From: Acidobacteriota bacterium
GTDB taxonomy: Bacteria; Acidobacteriota; UBA6911; RPQK01; JAJDTT01
Direction of reading: 5' to 3'
Length of the DNA stretch: 64,000 nt
Assembly (NCBI GenBank): GCA_963668095.1
Contig: OY764083.1
Span: forward strand, 1,201,085 to 1,265,084
Under the pieces are notes generated by a model. The model saw only the letters and a program-made list of their open reading frames with translations, did no database searches and was not told the DNA's origin. A program made the translations under genes and the position numbers. Below, one piece after another: positions 10,829 to 21,000 of this stretch (position 1 is the first letter of the stretch; each line of letters starts with the position of its first letter).

Positions 10829-11001
10829 TTCGCGCGTTCCGCCATCATAGGATGAGGGTTGCGCAGCGGTCAAGAATGGGCCGGTGTAAGAAAGAGGATA
10901 AGGAGGAAAGAGAAAAGAGTGAAGACAGGGGCACATTCTACGCGTAGCGGACGTGGCCGGGGAGAGACTCTCTTTTCTTTTTCCTCTTCTCCGTTTCCTC
11001 G

Positions 11002-13845
11002 CTACTCGGCGCTCGGAGCGTTTTTTTCAGGATTCAGCACGCCCATGACGTAGAGCTCGGGATTCAGGTATTCCCGTAGCGTTTCCCGCATGCGGTCGGA
11101 GGTGACGCTCTCGACCAGGGGTTGGTAGTCCAGGATGAGGCGGGGGTCGGTCCCGTAGCGATAATGGCCGGCCAGCCGGTTCAGCCAGAAGCCGTTGCGT
11201 TTCAGGGACACTTCCCGGGAACGGAGCTGGCCTTCCCGGACCTTGACCAGGATCTCGTCGTCCACACCGTGCTCCCGGATCTTCTCGATCTCGTCGAGGG
11301 CGGCCTTCACCAGCTGATCCACGTTCTCGGGAGCGCAGCCGAAGGAGATGGTGAAGGTGTACGACTCGGAGGGCCGGCGGCGCATTCGGCTCCGGACCCG
11401 GACGCCGTAGGTGCCTCCCAGATCCTCTCGGAGCACCTCCCGCAGGCGGATGCTCAAGACCCGCGCCAGGGACGTGACGTCGTGCTGGCTCTGGCGGCTC
11501 CACCCGGCTTCGCCCAGGAACTGGATATGGACCCGGCTCTTGGGCTCGAGCCCTTTCTTCACCTCGAAACGGACCACTTCCTTCGGCGATTGGACGCCCA
11601 CGTCCCGCCATTTCTCCTCACGCCGGCTGGAGGGCAACCCGCCAAGATAGGTGAGCAGAGGTCCCCGGAGAGTTTCCAGATCCAGATTTCCCACCAGGAC
11701 GAAGGTGAAATCGCCGGCGTCATGAAACCGCTCCCGGTAGATCTCCAGCGCCTTTTCCGGGTCCATCCGGCCCAGGCTCTCTTCCGTGGGTGGCCGCCGC
11801 CGGAGATGATTCCGGCTCAGCACTTCCTGGAGCCGGTCGCCGAAAACGGCCTGGGGCATGACCAGTCGGTTGCGCACCGATTCCAGGGCGTTGGCCTTCC
11901 ACGCGGCGATGGCATCCGGGTCCAGGCGCGGAGCGGTCAGACGAAGGTAGACCAGTTGGAGCATGGTCTCCAGGTCCTGGGGCGATGCCCGCCCCCGCAC
12001 CGTTTCCTCCAGTTCGAAGATAGAGGTGGAGACCCGGACCACCTTGCCGGCCAGGGCCTTTTCCAACTCCACGGCGCTGAAGCCTCCCGCTCCGCCCGCC
12101 CCGACCACCGAGTCGGCATACAGGGCCGACGGGTAGTCCTGGTCGGAGGCCAGGGAATGGCCTCCCGGGCTGAAACCGGAAAGCAAAATCTCGTCGTTCT
12201 TGAAGTCGGTTGGCTTCAGGATCACCCGAATCCCGTTGGAGAGCTTCCAGACCGTGACCCCCAGCTCCGGGACCCGGGATTCCTCGGCGATGCGACCGGC
12301 CGCGGGCGGCTTGGGCACCAGAGGCCCGGCCTTGGCCTGGTCCTCATAGGCCTCGACCTTCCGGTCGCCACGGTCCATCAGGGCCAGAAGCGCCTCTTGC
12401 TTGGGAACCTGCGTCCCCTCCAGGGCGGTGACCGTCACGACCCGGTTTCCCGGCCGGCCCCACTCCCCAGCCACGGCATTCAGATCGTCGGCGTCGATTC
12501 CGGGAAGCAGCTCCTTCAGCAACTTCAGCTCATAGTCGATCCCGGGCATTCCCTCACCGACCAGGAAGTGCCGCAGGATCTCCGAGGTGTAGCGCCGCGA
12601 CCGGACCTTGTCCTTCTCCCGGGCGCTGGTCTCGTAGCCGCGCAGCATCTCCCTCTTGACCCGGTCCAGCTCCGAGGGCTGGAAACCATGGACGGTGGCC
12701 CGCTCCACCTCGGTCAGGAGGGTCTCCATGCTCTCGGCGATCCGGTCCTGCTTGGCCATGGCCGCCTGGACCAGGATGTCGGCGGACCGGACCATGGAAC
12801 GAACGGTCTGAGACATGGAAAAGCGGAACGGAGCGGTGGCGGTGCGCCGTTTTTCCTCCAAGCGGGCGTTGAGCATGGCGTGGAACAAGCGTTCGATCAC
12901 CATCTGCCGGTAGGCGGCCCGGCTGTTCTGGGGCAACGTGGGCAGCTTCTTGAGTAGAGAGACGGAGGTGCCGGGAACCTCGGGGTCGGTGACGATGCTG
13001 ACCAGCGTCTCCTCATGAGGCGGAACCGGATGAACGACCCGGGAACGAGGATTTTCCGGCCCCTTCAGATCACTGAAACGCTCCCGAATCGCTGTTTCCA
13101 CCTGTTTGCCGTCGAAGTCTCCCACGGCGATGACCGCCATCAGGCCGGGCCGATACCAGTCTCGGTAAAAGCGCTTCAGGTCCTTCGGCTGGGCCGACTT
13201 CAGGACCTCCTCAGTGCCGATGGGAAGCCGATTTGCATACCGGGACCCCTTGAATATGACCGGAAACTGCTGGTCCCGGATCCGCGACTGCGCTCCCAGG
13301 CTGGCGCGCCTCTCCTCCAGGACCACACCCCGTTCCTTCTCCACCTCCTCCGGGTCCAGGACGATCCCTTGCGCCCATTCATGGAGAATCAAGAAGGCCT
13401 TCTCCATGTATTCGGGGTTGTCCGTGGGAACCTCCAACATGTAGACCGTCTCGTCGAACGAGGTGTAGGCGTTGATGTCGGGGCCGAACCGCATCCCGAT
13501 GGTCTCCAGATAGTCCACGATCTCCTGCTTCTCGAACCGGCGCGTGCCGTTGAAGGCCATGTGCTCCAGGAAGTGGGCCAGACCCTGCTGATCGTCGTCT
13601 TCCTGCATGGACCCGGCGTTGACCGCCAGCCAGAGGGCCATCCGCTTCTCCGGTTGCCGGTGGACCCGGACGAAGTAGCTGAGACCGTTTTCCAACCGCC
13701 CCTTGGTGATGGCCGGGTCCAGTGGCAGCGCGTCGGAGGCCGTTGACTGATGCGTTTCCAGAGCCAGAACGGGGGCGGACCCCAGACCGCCCGCCAGCAG
13801 CCAGAACGCCAGAATCCAGACGATGCGCCGCGACCTGCAGATCAT
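11002..13845 (-). CDS. M16 (pitrilysin/insulinase) family zinc peptidase, tandem two-unit form
   Basis: HxxEH zinc motif in LAHFLEHMAFNGT. The ~950-aa length fits fused active and inactive M16 halves. Signal peptide MICRSRRIVWILAFWLLAGG supports a start at ~13845 rather than the ORF maximum 13968, which removes the overlap with the upstream GNAT gene. Confidence 0.85.
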   Translation of the reverse strand: MICRSRRIVWILAFWLLAGGLGSAPVLALETHQSTASDALPLDPAITKGRLENGLSYFVRVHRQPEKRMALWLAVNAGSMQEDDDQQGLAHFLEHMAFNGTRRFEKQEIVDYLETIGMRFGPDINAYTSFDETVYMLEVPTDNPEYMEKAFLILHEWAQGIVLDPEEVEKERGVVLEERRASLGAQSRIRDQQFPVIFKGSRYANRLPIGTEEVLKSAQPKDLKRFYRDWYRPGLMAVIAVGDFDGKQVETAIRERFSDLKGPENPRSRVVHPVPPHEETLVSIVTDPEVPGTSVSLLKKLPTLPQNSRAAYRQMVIERLFHAMLNARLEEKRRTATAPFRFSMSQTVRSMVRSADILVQAAMAKQDRIAESMETLLTEVERATVHGFQPSELDRVKREMLRGYETSAREKDKVRSRRYTSEILRHFLVGEGMPGIDYELKLLKELLPGIDADDLNAVAGEWGRPGNRVVTVTALEGTQVPKQEALLALMDRGDRKVEAYEDQAKAGPLVPKPPAAGRIAEESRVPELGVTVWKLSNGIRVILKPTDFKNDEILLSGFSPGGHSLASDQDYPSALYADSVVGAGGAGGFSAVELEKALAGKVVRVSTSIFELEETVRGRASPQDLETMLQLVYLRLTAPRLDPDAIAAWKANALESVRNRLVMPQAVFGDRLQEVLSRNHLRRRPPTEESLGRMDPEKALEIYRERFHDAGDFTFVLVGNLDLETLRGPLLTYLGGLPSSRREEKWRDVGVQSPKEVVRFEVKKGLEPKSRVHIQFLGEAGWSRQSQHDVTSLARVLSIRLREVLREDLGGTYGVRVRSRMRRRPSESYTFTISFGCAPENVDQLVKAALDEIEKIREHGVDDEILVKVREGQLRSREVSLKRNGFWLNRLAGHYRYGTDPRLILDYQPLVESVTSDRMRETLREYLNPELYVMGVLNPEKNAPSAE

Positions 13846-13870
13846 GGAAATCCTCCTCCTCGGCAACCCT

Positions 13871-14926
13871 TCAAACTTCATTTGAGACGTAAAGTTCCAG
13901 ATCGGCACTCTCGGCGCCGATGCGGAACCGGTCCGGGAACCGGGCGGTCCTCCTGAATCCCGCTTCACGGGCCAACTTCACCTTGGCCTCGTCACAGGAG
14001 GCGAAGCGGGTTTCCACTATCCGGATGCCTCCTTGGCGGGCCTGGTTCAGAACGGCCGCCAACAACTCATGCCCCTGATCCAGAAACTCGGGCCGGATCA
14101 GGAAATCGAGACGCCCCACGTGCGCCTGGAAGGGAGCGGGTTCGGGCAGCAGCGCGGCCAGCCCCACGATGCGCTTGCGGCTCGTCTCCAGCACCAGCAC
14201 CGATCCCCCGGGACGCTCCGCCCGGAGCATGAGCGCGGGGAAAATGGAGAAATACCGGAGCTTCTTCAGGGAGGAATGGGTGATGAGGCCTTCCTGGTAG
14301 TCCTGGACGAGCCAGGGATGGGGGGCGGCGTACAGGGCCGCGACCCTCGAGACATCGCTCCAGACGGAAGGCCGGACGGCGGCGGGTCCGGTTCGCGCAA
14401 ACAGCCTCCGTTCGAATCCCTTCGCCTCGGCGCCGGGACTGAGGCGCCGCATCACGTGTCCATTGTAATCCCGAAACCCGTATTTCTCGTAGACATGATG
14501 GGCGATGGGATTGCCGGTTCCCAACAGCATGCAGACTCCGCCCCGGTCCTGGAACCACTGGACCGCCAGTTGGGTCAGGTGCGAGCTGATTCCCTTCCCC
14601 CGCTGGACCGGATCGGTGAAGACCCAGCCGAGGCTCCCCACCTCCGGGCTGTCCCGGGAGACCTGGCATCCCACGTCCCCGGCGATCCTCCCGTCGAGGC
14701 GCCCCAGGAAGAGGGGGTCCAAGCCCGTTTCGGCGAACCGTCCCTGGAGGCACCGCTTCAGGTAGAGGGACTCGGCCACCGAGGCCCACGAGTCCAGGGT
14801 CTCCACCTGGATCACGAATCGGGTGATCTCCTCCGCCAGGGAGGCAGGAACCTGGGGTCCCGGCTCGAAGTACTCGACCGAGAGCGTCTCACCGCTCTTC
14901 AGCTTGCAACTGCGGATGATCTTCAC
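13871..14926 (-). CDS. GNAT family N-acetyltransferase (two GNAT domains)
   Basis: Two acetyl-CoA-binding-like segments (VQRGKGISSHLTQLAVQWFQDRG; IRPEFLDQGHELLAAVLNQARQGG). Size is typical of tandem-GNAT enzymes. Confidence 0.65.
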   Translation of the reverse strand: MKIIRSCKLKSGETLSVEYFEPGPQVPASLAEEITRFVIQVETLDSWASVAESLYLKRCLQGRFAETGLDPLFLGRLDGRIAGDVGCQVSRDSPEVGSLGWVFTDPVQRGKGISSHLTQLAVQWFQDRGGVCMLLGTGNPIAHHVYEKYGFRDYNGHVMRRLSPGAEAKGFERRLFARTGPAAVRPSVWSDVSRVAALYAAPHPWLVQDYQEGLITHSSLKKLRYFSIFPALMLRAERPGGSVLVLETSRKRIVGLAALLPEPAPFQAHVGRLDFLIRPEFLDQGHELLAAVLNQARQGGIRIVETRFASCDEAKVKLAREAGFRRTARFPDRFRIGAESADLELYVSNEV

Positions 14927-14977
14927 GAATCCCTCCGGCCGGATCGACAGGCGTGAACGGGATTGGCCCCGGGACCC

Positions 14978-16051
14978 TCAGCGTTTCCTGGGCGGAAGCC
15001 AGCGGACGACCCCCATGTGGTAGCGCCGGTGCTCATGAACTCCGTCGCTGTAGTACGCCGTCACCAACATTTCATCCGCCAGTTGCACCGTGGCGGGATA
15101 ACCGCCGTCGCCGGTTCCGTCCAGATGGACCAGGTGTTCGGGGGGGCCCCAGGTCCTGCCGTCATCGGAGCTGATGCGGTAGCCGATTCTCTTGTGGCCG
15201 GCCTCCCGGATCCCGTAAGTCAGGACCACCCGCCCGTCGTAGAGCTGCACCAGGTGAGCCGGGTGGTAGCGCGGCGACGTCAGCATTCCCCCGGGAGTCC
15301 AACTCCTGGCCTCATCTTCCGAGCTGAACAGTTCCAGGTGGCCGTCTCCACGAGTCCGGATCGCCGCCAGCCAGCGGCCGCTCCTGAGGCGGATCAGGGC
15401 CGTCTCGTTGAAATCGTCCTTGGCGATGACGGCGTTTTCCGTCCAGGTTCGTCCGTCGTCACGGCTGAAGAGCACGTAGGCGGTGGAACCGGGCGGGTTA
15501 TTGGGCAGTTTCCAGGAGTAGCCGGGAGCGACCAGGACGTTCCCTGGAGCCTGGACGATGTCGCCAAAGGGGATGAGGTTTTGCACTCCCTCGGGCAGGG
15601 TGACGCCGGAACTCTGCTCCCAGGTCCTCCCACCGTCGCTGGAGCGGCAGACCAGAGATGGCAGAATCCGCTCCCGAAAGCCGGCACCGCCCCAGCCGGA
15701 AGCCAGCACCACCACCGACCCGTCGTGGGCCGCGCCGGCGGCCACGTTCATGCGGTTCGAGCCGTCCTTGCGGGGAGCCACGACACCTCCCAGTTCCCAC
15801 ATCCGGCCTCCGTCCGTGCTGACCCACGACTCCACGTCTCCCTCTCCCAGGCCGTGATGGGGCTGGTTGAAGATGGTGGCGGTCAGGGTGCCGTCCTTGA
15901 GCAGCGTCAGGTTGGGCCAGGCGCAGACGTTGTCCACGGCCACGTACCGCTCCAGAGGCTCGGCCGGCAGAAGGGCGGCCATGCTACCGGCCAGGATGCA
16001 GATCAGGGGAATTCGGCTCACGATGGACCTCGCTATCGTTTGAATGATCAT
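14978..16051 (-). CDS. BNR/Asp-box repeat sialidase-like glycoside hydrolase
   Basis: Four Asp-box motifs (STDGGRMW, SRDDGRTW, SEDEARSW, SSDDGRTW) and an N-terminal signal anchor. Confidence 0.75.
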   Translation of the reverse strand: MIIQTIARSIVSRIPLICILAGSMAALLPAEPLERYVAVDNVCAWPNLTLLKDGTLTATIFNQPHHGLGEGDVESWVSTDGGRMWELGGVVAPRKDGSNRMNVAAGAAHDGSVVVLASGWGGAGFRERILPSLVCRSSDGGRTWEQSSGVTLPEGVQNLIPFGDIVQAPGNVLVAPGYSWKLPNNPPGSTAYVLFSRDDGRTWTENAVIAKDDFNETALIRLRSGRWLAAIRTRGDGHLELFSSEDEARSWTPGGMLTSPRYHPAHLVQLYDGRVVLTYGIREAGHKRIGYRISSDDGRTWGPPEHLVHLDGTGDGGYPATVQLADEMLVTAYYSDGVHEHRRYHMGVVRWLPPRKR

Positions 16052-16108
16052 TGATTGAAATCGAACCCGTCTGACGGCGGATTCAAGGATATGCGCCCGA
16101 CACTGGTG

Positions 16109-17248
16109 TCATTGATAGGCGATGTTGCCGTCGGGGTCGACGACCAGGGGCCGACGCCAGCGCTTGAGGGGGTTCCCGGCGAAGGCCTTCTCGTTGAGTT
16201 CGATTCCCAGGCCCGGATCCTGCGGCAGTTCCAGGTAGCCGCCCACCCGCTTCATGGGCTCCAGCACCAGGTTGCGCATGGGACCCTGGCTGTCGTCCCG
16301 GTATTCCAGAATGATGAAGTTGGGCGTCGAGGCGGCAAAATGGGTCGACACGGCCGTGGAGACGGGGCCCAGCGGGCTGTGCGGAGCGATGGTCAGGTAT
16401 TCGGCCTCTGCCATGGCGGCGATCTTCTTGGACTCCATGAGCCCGCCGCACAGCACCAGGTCCGGTTGCAGAATATCGGCGGCTTCGGCCGCGATCACGT
16501 CCCGGAACTCGTACTTGGTGTAAAGCATCTCGCCCGTGGCGATGGGAACCGGGATCTTCCGGTGCAGCCTCCCCATGGCCTCGATGTTCTCGGGCCGGAG
16601 CGGCTCTTCGAAGAACATGGGGCTATAGGGCTCGACCGCTTGGGCCATCTGAAGCGCCCGGACCGGCTCGAAGATGCGGGCGTGGGGATCCAGCCCCACG
16701 TCCATGTCGTCGCCCACCGCCTTGCGCACCGCCGCCAGCCTCGCCGCCGTCCCCCGGAGCACCCGGTCCCAGGGCAGCTTCTCGGCGTTGGGCGGGTGCG
16801 GGGCCATCTTGACGGCAGTGAACCCCAGATCCTGAGCCCGCTTGGCCGAGTCGGCCACCTCACGGGGAGTGCTCCCGCTGACTCCCAGGTAGACCCGGAC
16901 CCGATCCCGGCAGCGACCGCCGATCAATTCATAGACGGGAACTCCCAGGGCCTTGCCCTTGAGGTCCCAACAGGCGATCTCGATGCCGCTGATCGCGGCA
17001 TTCAAAATGGAGCCGCCCGGGAACCGGGATCCGTTGTAGAGGAGCCGCCAGATATACTCGATCCGAGTCGGGTCCTGTCCCAGGATCCAGTCCTTGAAAT
17101 AGTGAACCGCTTCCTCCACCGCATGGTCCGGACCCACGCGGTAGGCTTCGCCGATCCCGTGCAGATGCTCGTCGGTGAGGATCTTGACGAAGACGTGGTT
17201 GCCGTCTCCCAGGTTCACGCCGAAGGTCTGGACATCGATGATTTTCAT
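16109..17248 (-). CDS. enolase superfamily sugar-acid dehydratase (mandelate racemase / galactonate-mannonate dehydratase family)
   Basis: MKIIDVQTF... N-terminus, conserved IACWDLKGKALGVPVYELIGG and metal-ligand regions typical of the MR/MLE family. Length 379 aa. Confidence 0.85.
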   Translation of the reverse strand: MKIIDVQTFGVNLGDGNHVFVKILTDEHLHGIGEAYRVGPDHAVEEAVHYFKDWILGQDPTRIEYIWRLLYNGSRFPGGSILNAAISGIEIACWDLKGKALGVPVYELIGGRCRDRVRVYLGVSGSTPREVADSAKRAQDLGFTAVKMAPHPPNAEKLPWDRVLRGTAARLAAVRKAVGDDMDVGLDPHARIFEPVRALQMAQAVEPYSPMFFEEPLRPENIEAMGRLHRKIPVPIATGEMLYTKYEFRDVIAAEAADILQPDLVLCGGLMESKKIAAMAEAEYLTIAPHSPLGPVSTAVSTHFAASTPNFIILEYRDDSQGPMRNLVLEPMKRVGGYLELPQDPGLGIELNEKAFAGNPLKRWRRPLVVDPDGNIAYQ

Positions 17249-17687
17249 GGTCTTCCTCGACTACCGGAAACAGATTCTCGGCGGGGAATTGTACATCATA
17301 TATTCCAAGGCCCGTTGAATCAGGGAAAGTCTGTCCGATTGAGATCGCGGTTTCATGCTATCGCAGCCCGTTGGAAAATGTCCGAGGCTGCGCGGCAGTT
17401 TCTCCGTCGTCAGGCACATCTTCCGTTGCCCCCTCCGGACGTTTGTTCCCCCATCGCCACAGCACAATTTTTCATCACCGGACCGACTCCCCCGGACTCT
17501 TGACACAGGCGGATAGGGAGCGCGGTAAAAACACTCGACAAATACAAATATTTGGTTTTTTGCCTTTTTTCGGCTCTTGGAAATTCAGTTTTTTGGATAC
17601 AGTGGGCTGATCGCGGGTGCTGCTCAGTTGAAATAAGTAAAGTAATGACTCCACTTAGCAAGCGTCTTGAGTAAAGTGGCACCATTC

Positions 17688-17716
17688 TTGCTACGGTTAC
17701 TGGCAATTATTAATAT
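17688..17716 (+). promoter_or_regulatory. sigma70-like promoter candidate (TTGCTA-17 nt-TAATAT) overlapping a palindrome, upstream of the TonB-receptor gene
   Basis: TTGCTA at 17688-17693 and TAATAT at 17711-17716 with a 17-nt spacer, inside a locally AT-rich intergenic island. The imperfect palindrome TTACTGGCAATTATTAATATTGCTAGTAA spans ~17697-17725. Confidence 0.3.
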
Positions 17717-18009
17717 TGCTAGTAACCTAGCAACTTCTTTTCCAACAGCCCGTGGTAAAAGTCGGCACGGCATTCGGCCGGGGTTGCATCCCGGCGCACT
17801 CCATTAGCTCCTTGATCGCATACGGTCGAGTATGCTGCCTCGTCGCGCCTCGTCCGGCCGGTGCAGCCCCCGTCTTGGTGCTACGCGGGACTATCACCAC
17901 AGACTGCAAAAACACGGCAATAATCGGCTCGTTGTCTGACTGAGTCTGTCAGGAGTGTGATTCTGCCGTCTGGGCGGACAATCCAATCCGCCAAAGGGAG
18001 GACGCAACG

Positions 18010-21000
18010 ATGTGGACCGCAAATCACAGGACCGTGATCGCAATCTGTGTATTTTGCCTGATGGGTGCCGGCTCGGCGTTGTTGGCTCAGGGACACCGGG
18101 CCATTATCTCGGGCCTAGTGGTCGACGCGAGTGGCGCCAGTGTCCCGGGAGCCGAGGTGAGGGTCATCCATCAATCCACCAACATTGCCCACAATACGAT
18201 TACCAGCGACAGCGGTTACTATGAGGCTCCGGGACTGCTGCCCGGCCAGTACCGGATTGAGGCCGCACTCGAGGGTTTCAAGACCACCGTGGTCGAGGAC
18301 ATACCCGTCGCCAGCAACGAGCGGGTGCGGGTTGACCTCAGTCTCGACGTAGGGGAGGTCGAAGACAGCGTGACTGTGACCTCCGATCCCACGCTTCTCC
18401 AGTCGGCGGATGCCGATCTGGGCGTCGCCTTTGGGCAGAAGCCGCTGACTTCCCTGCCCATCGGCCAGGGAAACCCCACTTATCTGTTCCTGCTTTCACC
18501 CTCGGCCGACTCGGCTGCAGGGTACGGCAACTTCAGTATGAACCAGGAGCCCTACCAGCGGGCTGGATCCGGTCTGGTCCGGTTCAACGGAATGCCGACG
18601 GGAACTGCCGAGTTCACGATGGACGGAACTCCCAACACGCAGCGGAACAACGCTGTCGACGGGGGCGCCGTTTCATTTAATGCGACCACGGAACTGGTGA
18701 AGGAAGTGCGCATCCAAACCACGACCTTCGATGCCAGTGTGGGGCATACCGGCAGCACCACCGTTGACGTCATCATGAAAACGGGCACCAATGACTATCA
18801 CGGTGAGGCCTTTTACTTCGGGCGCCATGACATGTTCAACGCGAACAGTTGGGTCCGTAACAGGGCGGGACAGGAGAGAAGCAGTTTTCCCTACAAGCGC
18901 TTCGGTTTTACCGGAGGAGGTCCGGTTTTCAAGGACAAGACCTTCTTTTTTCTGGGCTGGACCCATTGGGAACAGGTCAGGTTCGGTGATTCTCAGGCCA
19001 CCGTACCCAGCGCGGCAAACAAGTCCGGCGACTTTTCGGGCCTGCTGGCACTGGGCCCCGAGTATCAGCTCTACGACCCGATGACCGCGGTTCTGAACGA
19101 GGCGGGGCGAGTCGAGCGCCAACCCTTCCCCAACAACATCATTCCATCGAGTCGCATCCACCCGATTGCGGCACCCCTCCTCGGGTTCTTCCTGGCTCCC
19201 AACAATCCGAGTGGGGCGAGTCCGGACGGCTTTCGCAACTATCTTTACGACAAAGGCTATACCCCGCTTCCCAGAACGGACCGGCACACGGTTCTTCGAA
19301 TCGACCATGACTTGAACGAATCGCACACATTATTCGGCAGGTATCTCAATTCAGACGGTCCTTCCAGCGGGTGGACCATGTTTGACAACCACCCCGGAGG
19401 TCCGGGCTGCGAGTGCGTCGACGTGCACGGTACGCGACACCAGATTTGGAATTTCTCGGTCGGCGACGTCTGGACCATCAACCCGACTTTCGTGGCCGAC
19501 TTTCGCGCCACCAACAATCGGCATACCTCAAAGGCCCGGAACAACGCGGGCGGACTGAGCTGGGCGGATCTCCCCACCAACATGTCCCAGTTTGTTGATG
19601 TCGAGTTTACGGGTTTTCCCTATGTTTCAATCACCGGTTACCCCAAACTGAGTAACCTTCCCGGTGGCCACAACGGGTTTACCAATTTCGATCCGGGCCT
19701 GCAGGTCGATGAGATTCGAAGCGCCTCCGCCCACTTCACCCAGATTTCGGGGAACCACAGTTTCAGGTTCGGGGCCGACTGGAGGGGCTATGTCTACAAC
19801 TCGGTTCGAAGCGATCAAGCCCGAACTTTCTTCACGGGTCAATTTTCCAGTGGTCCCTTCGACAACTCCCCGTCCCCCCCGCGGGGCCACGGTCTGGCAG
19901 ACTTCCTGCTGGGCCTCCATTCCTCCACCAACCGGAACGTACGTGCGGATTATGCGAATTATTCCACCTATACAGGCATCTATCTCCAAGACGACTGGAA
20001 AGTCACACCCAGACTCACCTTGAACCTCGGGCTCCGGTGGGAGCGCGAAGGTCCCCCCACCGAGATGCATGACCAGGCACTGACACGATGGGCGGCCGAC
20101 GTGGAGAATCCTGTCTCGGCAGCGGTCCAGGCAAATTATGCCAAGAACCCGATTCAGGAAATCCCGGCGGATCAGTTTCGGCTGATGGGAGGCGTGCTCT
20201 TTGCCGGAGTTGATGGAGAACCCCGCACCGTCTACGACTCTGACAACAACAACTTTTCTCCGCGGACCGGCGCGGCCTACCGCTTGAACGACAACACGGT
20301 CCTGAAAGGCGGCTACTCGCGTACTTTCATCCCCCTCAACCAGCGTCACTTCGCTGCCCGTTTTCCGATTGCCGGATTCGACACGAGCACATTCGCCTTT
20401 TCCAGCACCGACGGAGGCTTGACCTTTCCAGGCTCTCTGGACGATCTCTTCCCGGGTGGCTTGAACCAACCCAGGGGGTCCAGCGATGGACTGATGACCA
20501 ATCTGGGCCAGCTCATCTGGATGAACCACGGGCTCGATCGAAGTACCACAAACCCCTATGCTCACCAGTTTCAGTTGGGCATCCAGCGCAGATTGTCGCC
20601 CAACGCCACCCTGGAAGTGCGCTATGTGGGGAACCGGACGAGGGACTTCGGCATTTCCAACAACGACCATAACCGGCTGCCGGGGCAGTACTTGACCAGA
20701 TCGATAGAGCGGGACCAGGCCCATATCGACTACCTGACGGAGCGGGTCCCGAATCCGTTCCAGGGAGTCGAGGGTGTGGGTGGCTCTCTGGGAGTGGCGT
20801 CGACCATCCAACGCCAGGCTTTGCTGCGACCCTATCCCCATATTACCGGGCTTCGCTCGTGGGCCGACAAGGTAGGCTCGACCGACTACGATGCCATGCA
20901 GGTAGAATTCCGGGCCCAGGACCTTGGGGGCTGGGACGTTCAGAGCAGTTACACCTGGGGTAAGACCATGGAGGAGCTGCAGTTTCTCAATGGTTTCGGA

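Noticed and set aside
11122-12957. 611-aa ORF on + strand
   Set aside because: Antisense to the M16 peptidase gene (HxxEH motif on the minus strand).
13846-13968. Apparent ~100-nt overlap between the GNAT and M16 genes
   Set aside because: Resolved by choosing the M16 start at the Met preceding its signal peptide (~13845). The longer ORF extension lacks signal-peptide logic.
16055-17503. 482-aa ORF on + strand
   Set aside because: Antisense to the enolase-superfamily dehydratase. Reads through into intergenic DNA.
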